64,000 nucleotides of DNA from Selaginella moellendorffii. Taxonomy: Eukaryota > Plantae > Lycopodiophyta. The notes below the pieces were generated by a model that did not search any database, had not been told where the DNA came from, and saw nothing but the letters and a program-made list of their open reading frames with translations. The stretch's first letter is position 1. Every line of letters starts with the position of its first letter. The DNA lies in contig NW_003314312.1 in the NCBI RefSeq assembly GCF_000143415.4, positions 501,261-565,260 on the forward strand. The letters are read 5' to 3'. Made by a program: the position numbers and the translations under genes. Positions 10,669 to 23,406 of this stretch are shown here, piece by piece.

Positions 10669-11904
10669 GACTGAACCATCCATCCATGAGTGGTCATCCC
10701 AAATCCACTCCTTAGCATTCTTAAGATGCTCATAAACATGGGGAACAATTTTCCCCAATACCCCTTTTTTAGTCCCCACTAAGTCCCTTTTTATCCATGG
10801 CCGTATTTGCCGGGTCAAGGCCCATATACCCGACCACTATGCCCCACCAGCCTTTAGGACTTCCTTGCTATATGATTACATCCTTGGTCACCACACAAGA
10901 GGATTGTTCCTCTTCCTTTCCTTAGTCTGGGACTTTGGGACAACATTTCAAAACACTGTGGCCCTACATGAGCCTCATGGGTACTCTCCCCACCATCCGC
11001 CTTTAGGTGCTCTAGCCATAGGGTTAGAGTGAGGTTCTATTAAGCCTCACTAGGTATCCAAGTAAGTATGCCACCCATGCTTGGACTAAAACCATCGACC
11101 ATTCGATCTCCCAAAAGAGCTACAGCCGGCTTTTAAACACTTCACCAGTATTCACTATAGCTTTGGACTCCTTAATAGATATATAATCACCTAACATGTG
11201 GGCATAGCCTTCACTGGCCTTTTTTTGGCCAAACTAGCTTTACTAGGGTCCAACCCCCACACCCTCCCTACTATACTTTTGGAACCCTTGCAGCCCCCCT
11301 ACCCTGGGGGACGATCACTTTGGGCTTTCACCCAACAACCTGTATTAGTATTCAAACTTGGACTCGAACTCGAACTCAAACTCGGACTCGATCTCGGTCT
11401 CAGACTCAGACTTGGTCTTGGTCTTGGTCTCGGTCTCCATCTCGGTCTTGGTCTCAGTCTCAGTTTCATCTCAAACTCCATCTTGGGTCCATCTTAGACT
11501 CCATTTTGGGTCCATCTGGGGTCCATCTCAGACTCCATCTCGAACTCCATCTTGGGTCCATCTCGGACTCCATCTCAAGTCCATCTCAGACTCCATCTCA
11601 AACTTCATTTTGGGTCCATCTTGGACTCCATCTCGGGTCTATCTCAGACTCTATCTTAGGTCCATCTCAGACTCTTTCACATGTTATATGTTGATCCTCT
11701 TATGTCCCTTTTCTAGAGACTCACTTACTACTTGCTTTATGCTCGTTCCTTAAGCACTTTGTTGAGAGTTCCACTCCCATACTTGACTATCCAAGTTGAA
11801 GCTTTTAGTCCAAACATAATACTCTCGTTTGGCTTCCACTTTAGCCACTACCATGTGGCACCTTTTTAGCTCCACTTTTGGGGCTCTAAGATTTGTGTTT
11901 CACA
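10669..11904 (-). mobile_element. LTR family E, half 1 (related to the family D LTR), with a hexamer-period array at 11358-11680
   Basis: 11260-11365 matches the reverse complement of the D LTR core (about 47990-48090); CTCGGA/CTCAGA array; ends TTTCACA. Confidence 0.7.
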
Positions 11905-12159
11905 TCAATGCAAGACAGAGCAAAAGAAAATTAACAAACTAAGCTAAATATGTTTGGCTAAATAGACACTTAAGAATTCCATCCTTATGCTCATCCGGCC
12001 AAGTACAAATGCTAAATCTAGTTTACTAACACTTGGATAAAAGAGGTTAATAAAGGGAACCAACAATATTAACCTCCTGCCGTCATGGCAATAAGGAGAG
12101 AGTGTCCATAAGGACTAACCGACAAATATCTTTCGATACCCAAAGTCACATTTGTGACA
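11905..12159. mobile_element. LTR family B, terminal part
   Basis: Homologous to 16420-16674 and 22550-22804; ends CACATTTGTGACA. Confidence 0.85.
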
Positions 12160-13800
12160 GGTGACATATGATGTAAATGGTTCTGCATTTGGAGGAGCTC
12201 TCATGTAAAAGGGACAACCTATTGGATATGAAAGTTGAACTTTGAATTTTGTAGAGCAATGTTATTCCATATATGAACAAGAGTTACTTTCTATTGTTCA
12301 TGCTTTGTGAACGTGGCAGCACTATCTTTATGGTGCAGTGTTCATGGTGTTTATTGATTACAAACCTCTTGTGTGTATCTTTTCACATAGAAGGAGTTGA
12401 ACATTAAGCAAAATCATTGGATGGTCAAACTCCTAAATTTTGGGGAGTTTCCTATTGAGCATTGTCTGGGTAAATCAAATGTGGTGGCAGATGTTTTATC
12501 TTGTGTTTGTCATTTGACAACATTACAAACATGGTTTTGTCATCATTTGAGTAACGTGGTTAACAAGTTTAGGTAGTTGGTTAAGTGTGCTCAGGCTCAG
12601 GATGCTGAGGTAGTCTCTTTATGAGCCCAAATAAAAGCACTTTCCTCATTGGTGGATGAAATCATTTACTACAATACTCATATATATTTGCCATGAGTGG
12701 ATGCATTGATTCCTTAGGTTTTATTCCACTATCATAATCATCTAGATGCCAGTCATTTTGGGGGGAAGAAGACATATGAGTTGATTAAGTGCAATTTTTA
12801 TTAGAGGAATATAAAGGTTAATATCCTCGAGTATTGTAAATCATGCAATCTTTGTTAGCGAGTAAAGGTGCCATGGGAGAAGCTAGGGGGACTTTTGCAA
12901 CCTTTACCTATTTCTCAGAGCCATTAGTGTAGTATCTCTATTTACTTCATTATTTATTTGCCATGAATATAAAGGCAAAAGGAGCAAGTATGGGTTGTAG
13001 TGGATCATTTGATGAAGTATGTGTAGTTGTTGACTTTTCGGAAGACTATCACTACCTAAGACTTGATTGTAGTTTACTTGGAGAAGTTTTTTCCTAATTT
13101 TAGTTTGCCGGAAGACGTTATTAATGATCAAAATTCAAAGTTCACTAGTGGATTTTGGAAGAGCTTTACAAAGGCTATGCAAATGACTTTGAAACTCTCG
13201 AGTGAAAATCATTCTCAGACGGATGAGTAAACCAAGCATGTGAATTAGGTGGTGGAAGATATGCTAAGTTGTAGCATTAATCAAAGGCAGAGACAATGGA
13301 ATTTATATCTTTCGTTAGTGTAAATTTACCTACAATAATAACCAATATAGTGGAACCAAGTTAAATCTTTACTTTGCCATATTTGGAAGGCATCCTAGGA
13401 ACAATGATGGAGTTGGGATTGCATTTGAGTAAAGATGTTCAAGATAAGTTTGATTCCAAGGTGACTGGTTTGGCCATAGAACTTGATGAGATTCTGGTGG
13501 AGTGCAAATGAAATTTGCAAATAGCTCAAGATAAAGCAAAGAAGTTTGCAATGAGCATCACCAATTCCGAGAATATAAAGTGGGTGCTTTTATTTTTGTG
13601 TAAATGATTTTTTCGTCAAGTAAGCAATAGAACACATTGGTGCCTTTATGCAATAGGAAGAGTGACAAATTTTCCCATCAATATGTTGGTCCATATGAAG
13701 TGCTATAGCACATTAGTAAGATAGCTTATTAGGTGCAACTGCTAGTTAGGGTGAAAATTCATCCAGTATTTTATATCAACTAGTTAAAAGGTGTACTATT
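12160..13800 (+). mobile_element. Degenerate Gypsy element F: RNase H plus integrase
   Basis: VTYDVNGSAFGGALM..PIGYES..YEQELLSIVHAL; GKSNVVADVLS; HFGGKKTYE; CKSCNLC; HSQTDE*TKHVN; YVGPYEV; IHPVFY. Many stops. Confidence 0.85.
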
Positions 13801-14163
13801 TCAAATCAGTATACTATATTATATATACTATCTTGATGTATATGGTTCTTTAGAAAGGATGATTACCAGTACAACTAGTCCTTAGGACAAACTATCTCAA
13901 ATCACTATACTATACTATGTATACCAGTATAACAAAGGTGAATGGGCATGGTCTTAGCATAATGGGTTGATATGTCGGTAGTACCATTGGACATATGAAA
14001 CACTTGGACCAAGTGCAAAAGTTGAGTGGCGTGGATGTCATTATCGGGGCTAGCAAGCCCTAAGTCTGAAATAGGACTTATGAAGGTTGTGAGTGAGACT
14101 CCTTTAATCACTTAGAGATGTGGTTAAGTGATTAAAGTAGAATGGAAAATTTAGTTGCTTACA

Positions 14164-14776
14164 ACTAGTTTGGCAAGAACCCTTATGTATTGAGTCTAGT
14201 CCCTCAATATTGCTATATGATAGTTTACTATGTCTGCCAAACACCCTCGCTATCATGCTTTTTGTGTTAATCTAATTTTGGTCCCAAATGCTATTTATGG
14301 AAAGTGTCTAAATTCGCTCATTTGGCACATCTACAAAATGTAGAAATTGCCCTGAACACAATGGTGTTCATCCCGTGTCCAAATTTGCAATCTAGTGACA
14401 TTCCATATTTAGTAAGTATCAAGTTTGTCCCAAAGACTAACTCCTGGTACTAAGGGAGGCTTCGGGTGAAAGCCCAAAGCATGTGTTCCTCAAGGCAGTG
14501 GGGGGGGGGGGGGGATATAAAGGGTTTCAAATGTATAGTAGGGATAGTGGTTGGAATGTAACCACCTGAGATATTAGTTTGGCTTCCATTAAGCTGTATT
14601 CTTCCTTGTTTTGCATCTGACTTGGGTCTAAGCCCAAGCCCCACGCTGCTCTAATTGGTGGGGTACCCTCCTCCTTGCATTAAGTCACTGGTATGCCAAA
14701 ATTGTGCCAAACACCGTCCAATACCATTTTGCAAAGAGGAGGGTACCCCACCAACTAGAGTAGTGTGGGGCTTGGG
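14164..14776. mobile_element. LTR family B segment with foldback junction; continues at 22805-23406
   Basis: Reverse complement of the LTR at 55187-55915; 14633-14679 is inverted at 14730-14776. Confidence 0.8.
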
Positions 14777-16030
14777 TGTAGCGGATGTGGTTTTGACCCT
14801 TTATTCTATGGTGATTTACCATAGGATAACACCACGAAGCGGAACCTAAACCCTCTTTGTGCCACGTGACAGATGCCACGTGTCACATACCACATGTCCA
14901 TGCCACATGTCCATAGGAACCTGAGGTTCAAGGCCTTGGGCCACTGAACGAAGGAACGGTGCCAAACTCCCAAGCGTGACGCCAAGGAGTGATAGAACTA
15001 GACCATGGAGCAACTCTCGAGCATATAGCCCAAGGAGTGAAGGGACAGGAGCCCGGAGCGACTTGGAACAGTCCTAGAGCAACCAGCATCCCAATGCCAG
15101 GACCAGCATGCAAAACGGAGCCAAACGGAGTCTGGCGCTATTTTGGCATACCGGTGGCCTAACGTGAGGATATGGATACTCCACCAGCTAGCATGGAATG
15201 GAACTTGGGCTTAGACCCAAGCCGGACGCAGAACAAGGACAGGCACGCAAGCGGGAGATAGACTATGCCTCAGGTTGGTCGGCCATGCCCGACCTACCCA
15301 CTATCCCTACTATACATTTGGATATTAGTTTGGCTTCCATTAAGTTGTATCCTTCCTTGTTTTGCATCTGACTTGGGTCTAAGCCCAAGCCCCACGCTGC
15401 TCTAATTGGTGGGGTACCCTCCTCCTTGCATTAAGTCACTGGTATGCCAAAATTGTGCCAAACACCGTCCAATACCATTTTGCAAAGAGGAGGGTACCCC
15501 ACCAACTAGAGTAGTGTGGGGCTTGGGTGTAGCGGATGTGGTTTTGACCCTTTATTCTATGGTGATTTACCATAGGATAACACCACGAAGCGGAACCTAA
15601 ACCCTCTTTGTGCCACGTGACAGATGCCACGTGTCACATACCACATGTCCATGCCACGTGTCCATAGGGACCTGAGGTTCAAGGCCTTGGGCCACTGAAC
15701 GAAGGAACGGTGCCAAACTCCCAAGCGTGACGCCAAGGAGTGATAGAACCAGACCACGGAGCAACTCTCGAGCATATAGCCCAAGGAGTGAAGGGACAGG
15801 AGCCCGGAGCGACTTGGAACAGTCCTAGAGCAACCAGCATCCCAATGCCAGGACCAGCATGCATCGAAGCCAAACGGAGTCTGGCGCTATTTTGGCATAC
15901 CGGTGGCCTAACGTGAGGATATGGATACTCCACCAGCTAGCATGGAATGGAACTTGGGCTTAGACCCAAGCCGGACGCAGAACAAGGACAGGCACGCAAG
16001 CGGGAGATAGACTATGCCTCAGGTTGGTCG
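14570..16030. repeat. 751-bp tandem duplication (14570-15320 and 15321 into the gap) spanning the left junction of element A
   Basis: Identical ORFs offset by 751 (14655 and 15406); about 9 differences between the copies. Confidence 0.9.
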
Positions 16031-19000
16031 NNNNNNNNNNNNNNNNNNNNNNNNNNNNNNNNNNNNNNNNNNNNNNNNNNNNNNNNNNNNNNNNNNNNNN
16101 NNNNNNNNNNNNNNNNNNNNNNNNNNNNNNNNNNNNNNNNNNNNNNNNNNNNNNNNNNNNNNNNNNNNNNNNNNNNNNNNNNNNNNNNTGTCCTTAGATT
16201 GTGAATTTGGACACGAGACGAACACCATTGTGTTCAGGCCGATCTCTATATTCCGTAGATATGCCAAATGAGAAAATCTGGACACTTTCCATAAATAGCA
16301 TTTGGGACCGAAATGAGACTAACACAAAGGGCATGATAGCGAGGGTGTTTGGCAGACACGGTAAGCTATCATCCAGCGATATTGAGGGACCAATCTCAAT
16401 ACGCAAGGGTTCTTGTCAAGCCAGTGCAAGACAGAGCAAAAGAGAACTAAAAAGCCGGGCCAAGTATGCTTGGCCAAATAGACACTTAGGAATTCCGTCC
16501 TTATGCTCATCCGGCCAAGTACAGATGCTAAGTCCAGTTTACTAACACTTGAACAAGAGGGGCCAATAAAGGGTCCAGCAATACCGACCTCCTACCATCG
16601 TGGCAGTAAGGTAAGAGTGTCCGTAAGGACTGGTCGACAGGTAACTTTCGATACCCGAAGTCACATTCGTGACACTCTCCCCCCCTTGGGGAAGATCGAC
16701 ATCCTCGTCGATGCATACTCCAATCTAGAATACCGCCAAGGAAACAACTCTAGAAAAAGTTCACGGTACTCACACTATGTGAGAAATGCACCAACTTAAA
16801 TGAGTTAGGAGGCAACCTCTTTGTCTAACGCGGATGCGCTACCAGCTCAGACACCTTCCGGCCGTCGCCGACAAGGAAATGACCAACACAGTTTGCCACC
16901 CTTGCTGCTCTGGGAGTCACCCAGCTTACAAAAGTGTGATATGCCCCTGCCGAAAGGAACATAGAGAGAGAAGCCAGAGGCCCCAACCCTCCTGAGCAAA
17001 GAAACCAAACCCGTCAGTAAGGTTTAGATAGACTACTGTAAACAGGCAGTTAGAGTTGTTTACACGGTCACGCCCTTTCAACGGAATAAGAAACATCGAC
17101 AGAGAGGTGGGTTATGTGACCAGTTGACAGTAGCTACCCCATGACTAGAGATTTCACCATGCACACGAAGTGCCGAAGCCAGTCTGCCTATACTGGCCCA
17201 AACGCAAAGATCAATGGATGGACAATATCAAAGTCAGAGACAATGATATCTGAGAAGCTTAATTACTAGTGATTATATCTTAGAGTAGAACACAAAAGTA
17301 TTCTAAGCAAGTTATCATCCGATAAACCAGTAGTATTGTAGATAGGAACCACCAAGACCATCATAATTTGGCAAACACAGGAATGACCATCCAACAAAAT
17401 TCAATAGCTAGTATATCATCAAGGAAACTTAATGATGAAACTTAACTACCGAAGATAGTAGACAGTAAGCCAACAACTTACTAGAGAGAACTCAAAGAAC
17501 ACAAAGTATCATTGACTAATAAGCATAATGCTCGCGAATGTATCACCCAAAGGAAATAACATCCAAATTTATCAAAACTAACTCGAGCAATAATCAACAG
17601 AAGAGAATGAATGTGGTAAGACCAACAAACACTCATTTCTGCCAACTATCACAAAAGCCAATTTGAATAGATCCCAGCCAACAATACTAAGGAACTCAAG
17701 TTGCCTAAGCAAGTGTCAGCAACATCCTACTGACGTCTCAAACCCAAGAGACCAATCCAGAGCAAACCACAAAGAACATGTGGTATTGCGAAAAGCCAAA
17801 AGCCATCAAAGAGAACAACTAACTATCATGAAAGATTGTCAATCAGCCCATCAATGTAGTGATGTATAATCATCGTTGAAGAAAGAATCTACCATCCCGA
17901 AGAATAGCAAATAATTCCAAACCAACAATAATCAAGCAAAACTTGTGATAAGAACAATCAATTACCCTAGATGATAGTCAATCATCACCAATGATTGCTA
18001 GATGCAAATACTAACTTCAACATTGAAGCTAGGAGCCAAAATGCCTTCCCCAACAACTTCTAACAAATGGAACAATGAGCATAAAAACTCAAAGAACCAA
18101 AAGCTCAAAGAAGCCTATAACTAAGTCTTTGTCTATAATGATCACAAGTTTTGCATGAATTAACTTCAATGCTAAAGAAGAAATCATGGTGTAACCCATG
18201 ACATCTTTCTCAACACATCCATAAGCCAAACTGCATAATGCCAAAGCTAATGAAGAGCATTTCTGTATCAATCCAAAAGCTAAACACAATGGAGCTATGC
18301 TCAACAAGTGATCACCAAACGATCCTCTATGAATCCATCTACAGCAAGACGTAACTCACCTCATAACAAGCACAAGGGGAATCATCAATGATCAATATAT
18401 TCCAATTCAAACCCAATAATGATTCAAACTTTCCAATATTGATCACTAACTCTTTCGCTTGTAGAGTTAGCATAGTCCACGACTGAATCACTTTTCAAGG
18501 ACAAGCTTAAAGCTCAACCTTTACTAAACAAACTCATCGAGAACACAACTAACTCAACTTGCCACTCAGTTCATTTGAACATCAACACAGTTGCTAACTA
18601 GCAAATGCATGAATGCCAACAACACAAAGCTAAAGCCAAATCATCAACACTTTTCATCAAGACTAATGAAACTCAATATCAATCCTAAGGAAAGACATTT
18701 CATTTCACTCAAGTCTCAATATCAACAATATCAATGACAAGGCATCACTTCAATGCCATCAACACCAGGACAAAGCTAGAAGAAAGCAAGAGTGAATCAC
18801 CACTCGGAGCTTTCCAACAACCAAGCTAACCAAAGTCGAAGATACTATACTTAGTATCCGAGACCAATCCTTTAGCAAAACTCAGTGACAGATAACACAT
18901 CATCAAGGAGTGAATCACCACATCCAAGACTCAATGAAATCCAACACTATAGACCAAACGTAACCAAATGATATCGACAAAGGAATTGACATGCCAACAT

Positions 19001-22000
19001 GGAAAAACCATGTTAGCCTAATGACACGATCCTCTGCAACACCATCCGGTAAAACAAGCCCACCACTGCTAAATCATCATCGAGCAAAGCAAGTGTCAAC
19101 GGTCCTTGATGAAGTCTACAAGTAATCACTAGTCACAAAGCAACTAACAATCACTCCTTAACTTGCATTCACAAGACCCAAACACCAACTCTTGTCATCA
19201 AGTCACATACTTATCCAACATAAACATAATACCCCAGGTATGAGATAAAAGTTCATAGATAAGCACAAACTAAATGACCACTCAAATCCAACTCAACTGC
19301 GATAAGCTCACCAACACACCTAGTCAATAGCTTTGAGCATGCGTTGAAGAGGCTAGCTATGCATGATCAACACTCAGCCGAAACGAAAGTGAAGACCATG
19401 AGATGAACTCATATCGGTATACAACCTCCTCATAGACAAAGCTATAGTACGGGTACCAACATCTCAACCTCAAACAACTAAGTTGGACATCACCATCCTT
19501 AGCCAAGGCGCAGGGCCACCAAGACCAAGTTAAGATTAGTGAGAGCTCACTACTCTCATAGAGTCTTAACAAAATGCAAGGTGCAACCTGTCACCGAGCA
19601 TAATGCTACAAAAGAAAGGCACAAGGGTCACCTTTCTTAGAAAAGCGCAACAGCCACTTTTCTACACCAACTCTAGACTCCATCCAACTCAATTGCCTTA
19701 ACCCCAAAAGTCAGTATCCTTTTCAGGCCGCATCATACAAACTACCTACTAAGGTTTAGGCTAACCAAAGTCAACTCCAACCCCTTCACTAGTTTATATT
19801 GGCTTACGAAAATGGAATGGTTTTCGGCAAAGTGACCAACAGATCAGCCATTGGAGAAGTCTAAGAAAATTTGTGGAAAAATTTTCCAATCCTAAAGAAA
19901 GAATGACTCTCAGTCCAGGAATGCAAACTTTCAAGACTCAACCAACTTCCTCCTACTAACAAATTCACATAGGTTCACCTCAACACAAATTCTCATGATC
20001 CATCAATATGCTTAAGCATCGAACATCTTTGCCTATTTTTCCGACATCTAACTCTGACATCCGCAAAGTGCAAAATGAACATCCAAGGCTTGATCACGAA
20101 GACCACATCTTCGGATATCCATATTGCACTAACACCCTTCTTCAATCACCTTCAAGATCTAATGTGAAGTCAAAACACTAACAAGAAAAATGACATGGAA
20201 AATCAAGCTCTAAGGAAACTTCCTCATCACTTAAAATAAAAATGCCACCTCCACTAACACAAATACTAGTGATGTCAATGCCCCAATTACACATCTTCTC
20301 CATCCAACAATCTACTCCAAGTGCTAACGGATCAACCAACAAGCCATAGCAAATGAATGCTATAACCCTTTTCCAACACCTAATGGGTAAACTCAAAGAA
20401 ACAAGGTACCAACTTAAGCTTAGCATAATGGACCATCTCCGAGAATTCAGTCAAAGCTACTACAATGCTACTTCGTGCAAGTAGACTAGCTTCTCCATTA
20501 GCCACTTTGGGGTTGATCATCATTTAACCAAGCAACTTCGTAAACACATTGCTCATTATCACATGGATATGATATAGAAATCACAATGACTTGATCATCA
20601 ATCAAGCAACACTATGAGCAATGCCCATGTCACTATTGCAAAGGTTTATGTGAATATCAAGTGCTAACTCGATTCGACAAAATGCAACATAAATGCCACA
20701 CCCCATCGATAGAGATTTACAACACCAACACCACTAACTTTTGTTCACAACACGGACAAGCACATGCCACTCTCTATCCGACCAATCTCAAAGCTAATCC
20801 AACACCAAGCTACTCAAAGAGCAATAGCAAAGTTCCCTAGAAAAGAATCGAGCATTGCAACCCAAGTCTTCTAATAGCAAGCTTAGACAAAATGGTTTAG
20901 CGCTTCACCACTATCCATCCCACAACTCACCATTGTAAGACCACCATCTCCAACATGCATCAAGATAGGGACTCTTGATTGCATGATGTGAACACAAGCA
21001 ATGAGTTAACACCTCGTTGCAAATCATCTCTCCAAGAAGAGAAAATGATTTACGTATTTGATCCTCCTGTCCCCGATGACTCTCTTTTCGGTCTCATCTT
21101 TGACCAAACCTCAAGCTTGCTTTCACACTGCCTTCAGTTCAATCGAAGAAAAGTTTATGAGAGAGCATGGCAATGATTACTTGAACCAATAGACTATTCT
21201 CTACAGTCTTGATTGATCCAATTATAATCATGCCTAGGAAGGATTTACTAGTGTTGTGCTAAAAAGCTACGGACCAGCCTATTTGCCACTCATAGCAAAC
21301 TCAGGGAAAGTTTACTTTCACCCATGGTACATGGAACAACTCATGGAACCACCGATAGGCTAACATTAATCCTGCCAACTCAAAGTGTAACCTCGAGTTG
21401 CTAATGTGCCTCACTCACGAGCTCAAGCTTAAACTCGTGCTACTGGAACAACTCAAATCCATCTTATGAGCCCAAGAGCAAGCTCACATAATTACGGTAC
21501 AAGAAGGTAACCAAATCCATACCCAAGGAACAATTGCGAAGTCTTTGCACCAAAACGTGTACCCACTCGGATCATCGTTTTCATCTCTGCGTATGCAACG
21601 AGACTAGTTGCCCAATCTCATTGGATAGTTCTCGCCGAGACTCATCCTCTGATACCAAATGTAGCGCACGTGGTTTTGACCCTTTATCCTATGGTGATTT
21701 ACCATAGAATAACACCACGAAGTGGAACTTAAACCCTCTTTGTGCCACGTGACAGATGCCACGTGTCATATACCACATGTCCATGCCACGTGTCCATAGG
21801 AACCTGAGGTTCAGGGCCTTGGGCCACTGAACGAAGGAACGGTGCCAAACTCCCAAGCGTGACGCCAAGGAGTGATGGAACCGGACCACGGAGCAACTCC
21901 CGAGCATATAGCCCAAGGAGTGAAGGGACAGGAGCCCGGAGCTACTTGGAACAGTCCTAGAGCAACCAGCATCCCAATGCCAGGACCAGCATGCAAAACG

Positions 22001-22804
22001 GAGCCAAACGGAGTCTGGTGCTATTTCGGCATACCGGTGGCCTAACGTGAGGATATGGGTACTCCACCAGCTAGCATGGAATGGAACTTGGGCTTAGACC
22101 CAAGCTAGACGCAGAACAAGGACAGGCACGCAAGCGAGAGATAGACTATGTCTCAGGTTGGTCGGCCATGCCCGACCTACCCACTATCCCTACTATACAT
22201 TTGGAACCCCCCACAGCCCCCCCCCTTGAGGAACACATGCTTTGGGCTTTCACCGCAAGCCTCCCTTAGTATCAGGAGTTAGTCTCTGGGACAAGCTCAA
22301 AACTTACTAAATATGGAATGTCCTTAGATTGTGAATTTGGACACGAGACGAACACCATTGTGTTCAGGCCGATCTCTACATTCCGTAGATATGCCAAATA
22401 AGCAAATCTGGACACTTTCCATAAATAGCATTTAGGACCGAAATGAGACTAACACAAAGGGCATGATAGCGAGGGTGTTTGGTAGACACGGTAAGCTATC
22501 ATCCAGCGATATTGAGGGACCAATCTCAATACGCAAGGGTTTTTGTCAAGCCAGTGCAAGACAGAGCAAAAGAGAACTAAAAAGCCGGGCCAAGTATGCT
22601 TGGCCAAATAGACACTTAGGAATTCCGTCCTTATGCTCATCCGGCCAAGTACAGATGCTAAGTCCAGTTTACTAACACTTGAACAAGAGGGGCCAATAAA
22701 GGGTTCAGCAATACCGACCTCCTGCCATCGCGGCAGTAAGGTAAGAGTGTCCGTAAGGACTGGTCGACAGGTAACTTTCGATACCCGAAGTCACATTCGC
22801 GACA
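15528..22804 (-). mobile_element. Full-length non-autonomous Gypsy-derived LTR element A
   Basis: LTRs 15528-16674 and 21660-22804 (TG...CA, about 98% identical); TSD TTGGG at 15523-15527 and 22805-22809; tRNA-Met PBS TGGTATCAGAGG at 21646-21657 (-); PPT at 16675-16686. Interior has no long ORF, only traces such as LRMSELDVGK near 20060. Confidence 0.92.
16031..16188. other. Assembly gap (158 N) inside the 3' LTR of element A
   Basis: Run of N; the equivalent stretch of the other LTR is about 154 bp. Confidence 1.
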
Positions 22805-23406
22805 TTGGGCTTAAACCTAAGTCAGATGCAAAACAAGGAATGACACAGCTTGATGGAAGCCAAACTAATATTTCAAGTGGTTGGACATACATTCCAACCA
22901 CTATCCCTACTATACATTTGAAACCCTCTATTCATCCCGTGTCCAAATTTGTAATTTAGTGACATTCCATATTTAGTAAGTTTCAAGTTTGTCCCAAATA
23001 CTAACTCCTGGTACTAAGGGAGGCTTTGGGTGAAAGCCCAAAGTATGTGATCCTCAAGGGCAATGTGGGGGGGGGGGATATAAAGGGTTTCAAATGTATA
23101 GTAAGGATAATGGTTAGAATGTATGTCTAACCACTTGAGATATTAGTTTGGCTTCCATTAAGTTGTGTCATTCCTTGTTTTGCATCTGACTTGGGTCTAA
23201 GCCCAAGCCCCACGTTGCTCTAGTTGGTGGGGTACCTTCCTTCTTGCATTAGGTCACCGGTATGCCAAAATTGTGCCAAACACCATCCGATACCATTTTG
23301 AGTGCAAGTGTTAGATACAAGGAGCTAGTGCTCATAGGATTGTATCAGACCCTCGTTTCATAGTGCAACATGCTTAGAGTTCGGCTCCAAATTCAAGTGT
23401 GCTACA
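22805..23406. mobile_element. LTR family B remainder (inverted piece 22805-22930, then a direct repeat of 14367-14731 and the LTR end)
   Basis: Ends GTGTGCTACA, the reverse complement of TGTAGCACAC at 24410 and 55187. Confidence 0.85.

Noticed and set aside
11198-11753. Ser/Asp, Leu/Gly and Arg/Pro repeat ORFs (also near 43750, 47680 and 54080)
   Set aside because: Translation artefacts of hexamer arrays in LTRs.
13620-13656. GTAAGC...AATAG intron-like segment in the element F integrase
   Set aside because: The frame reads through to YVGPY without removing it.
14445-14495. Hammerhead ribozyme around the GAAA hairpin in the LTRs
   Set aside because: No CUGANGA core in the required position.
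15947-16285. ORFs containing runs of X
   Set aside because: They only span the N gap.
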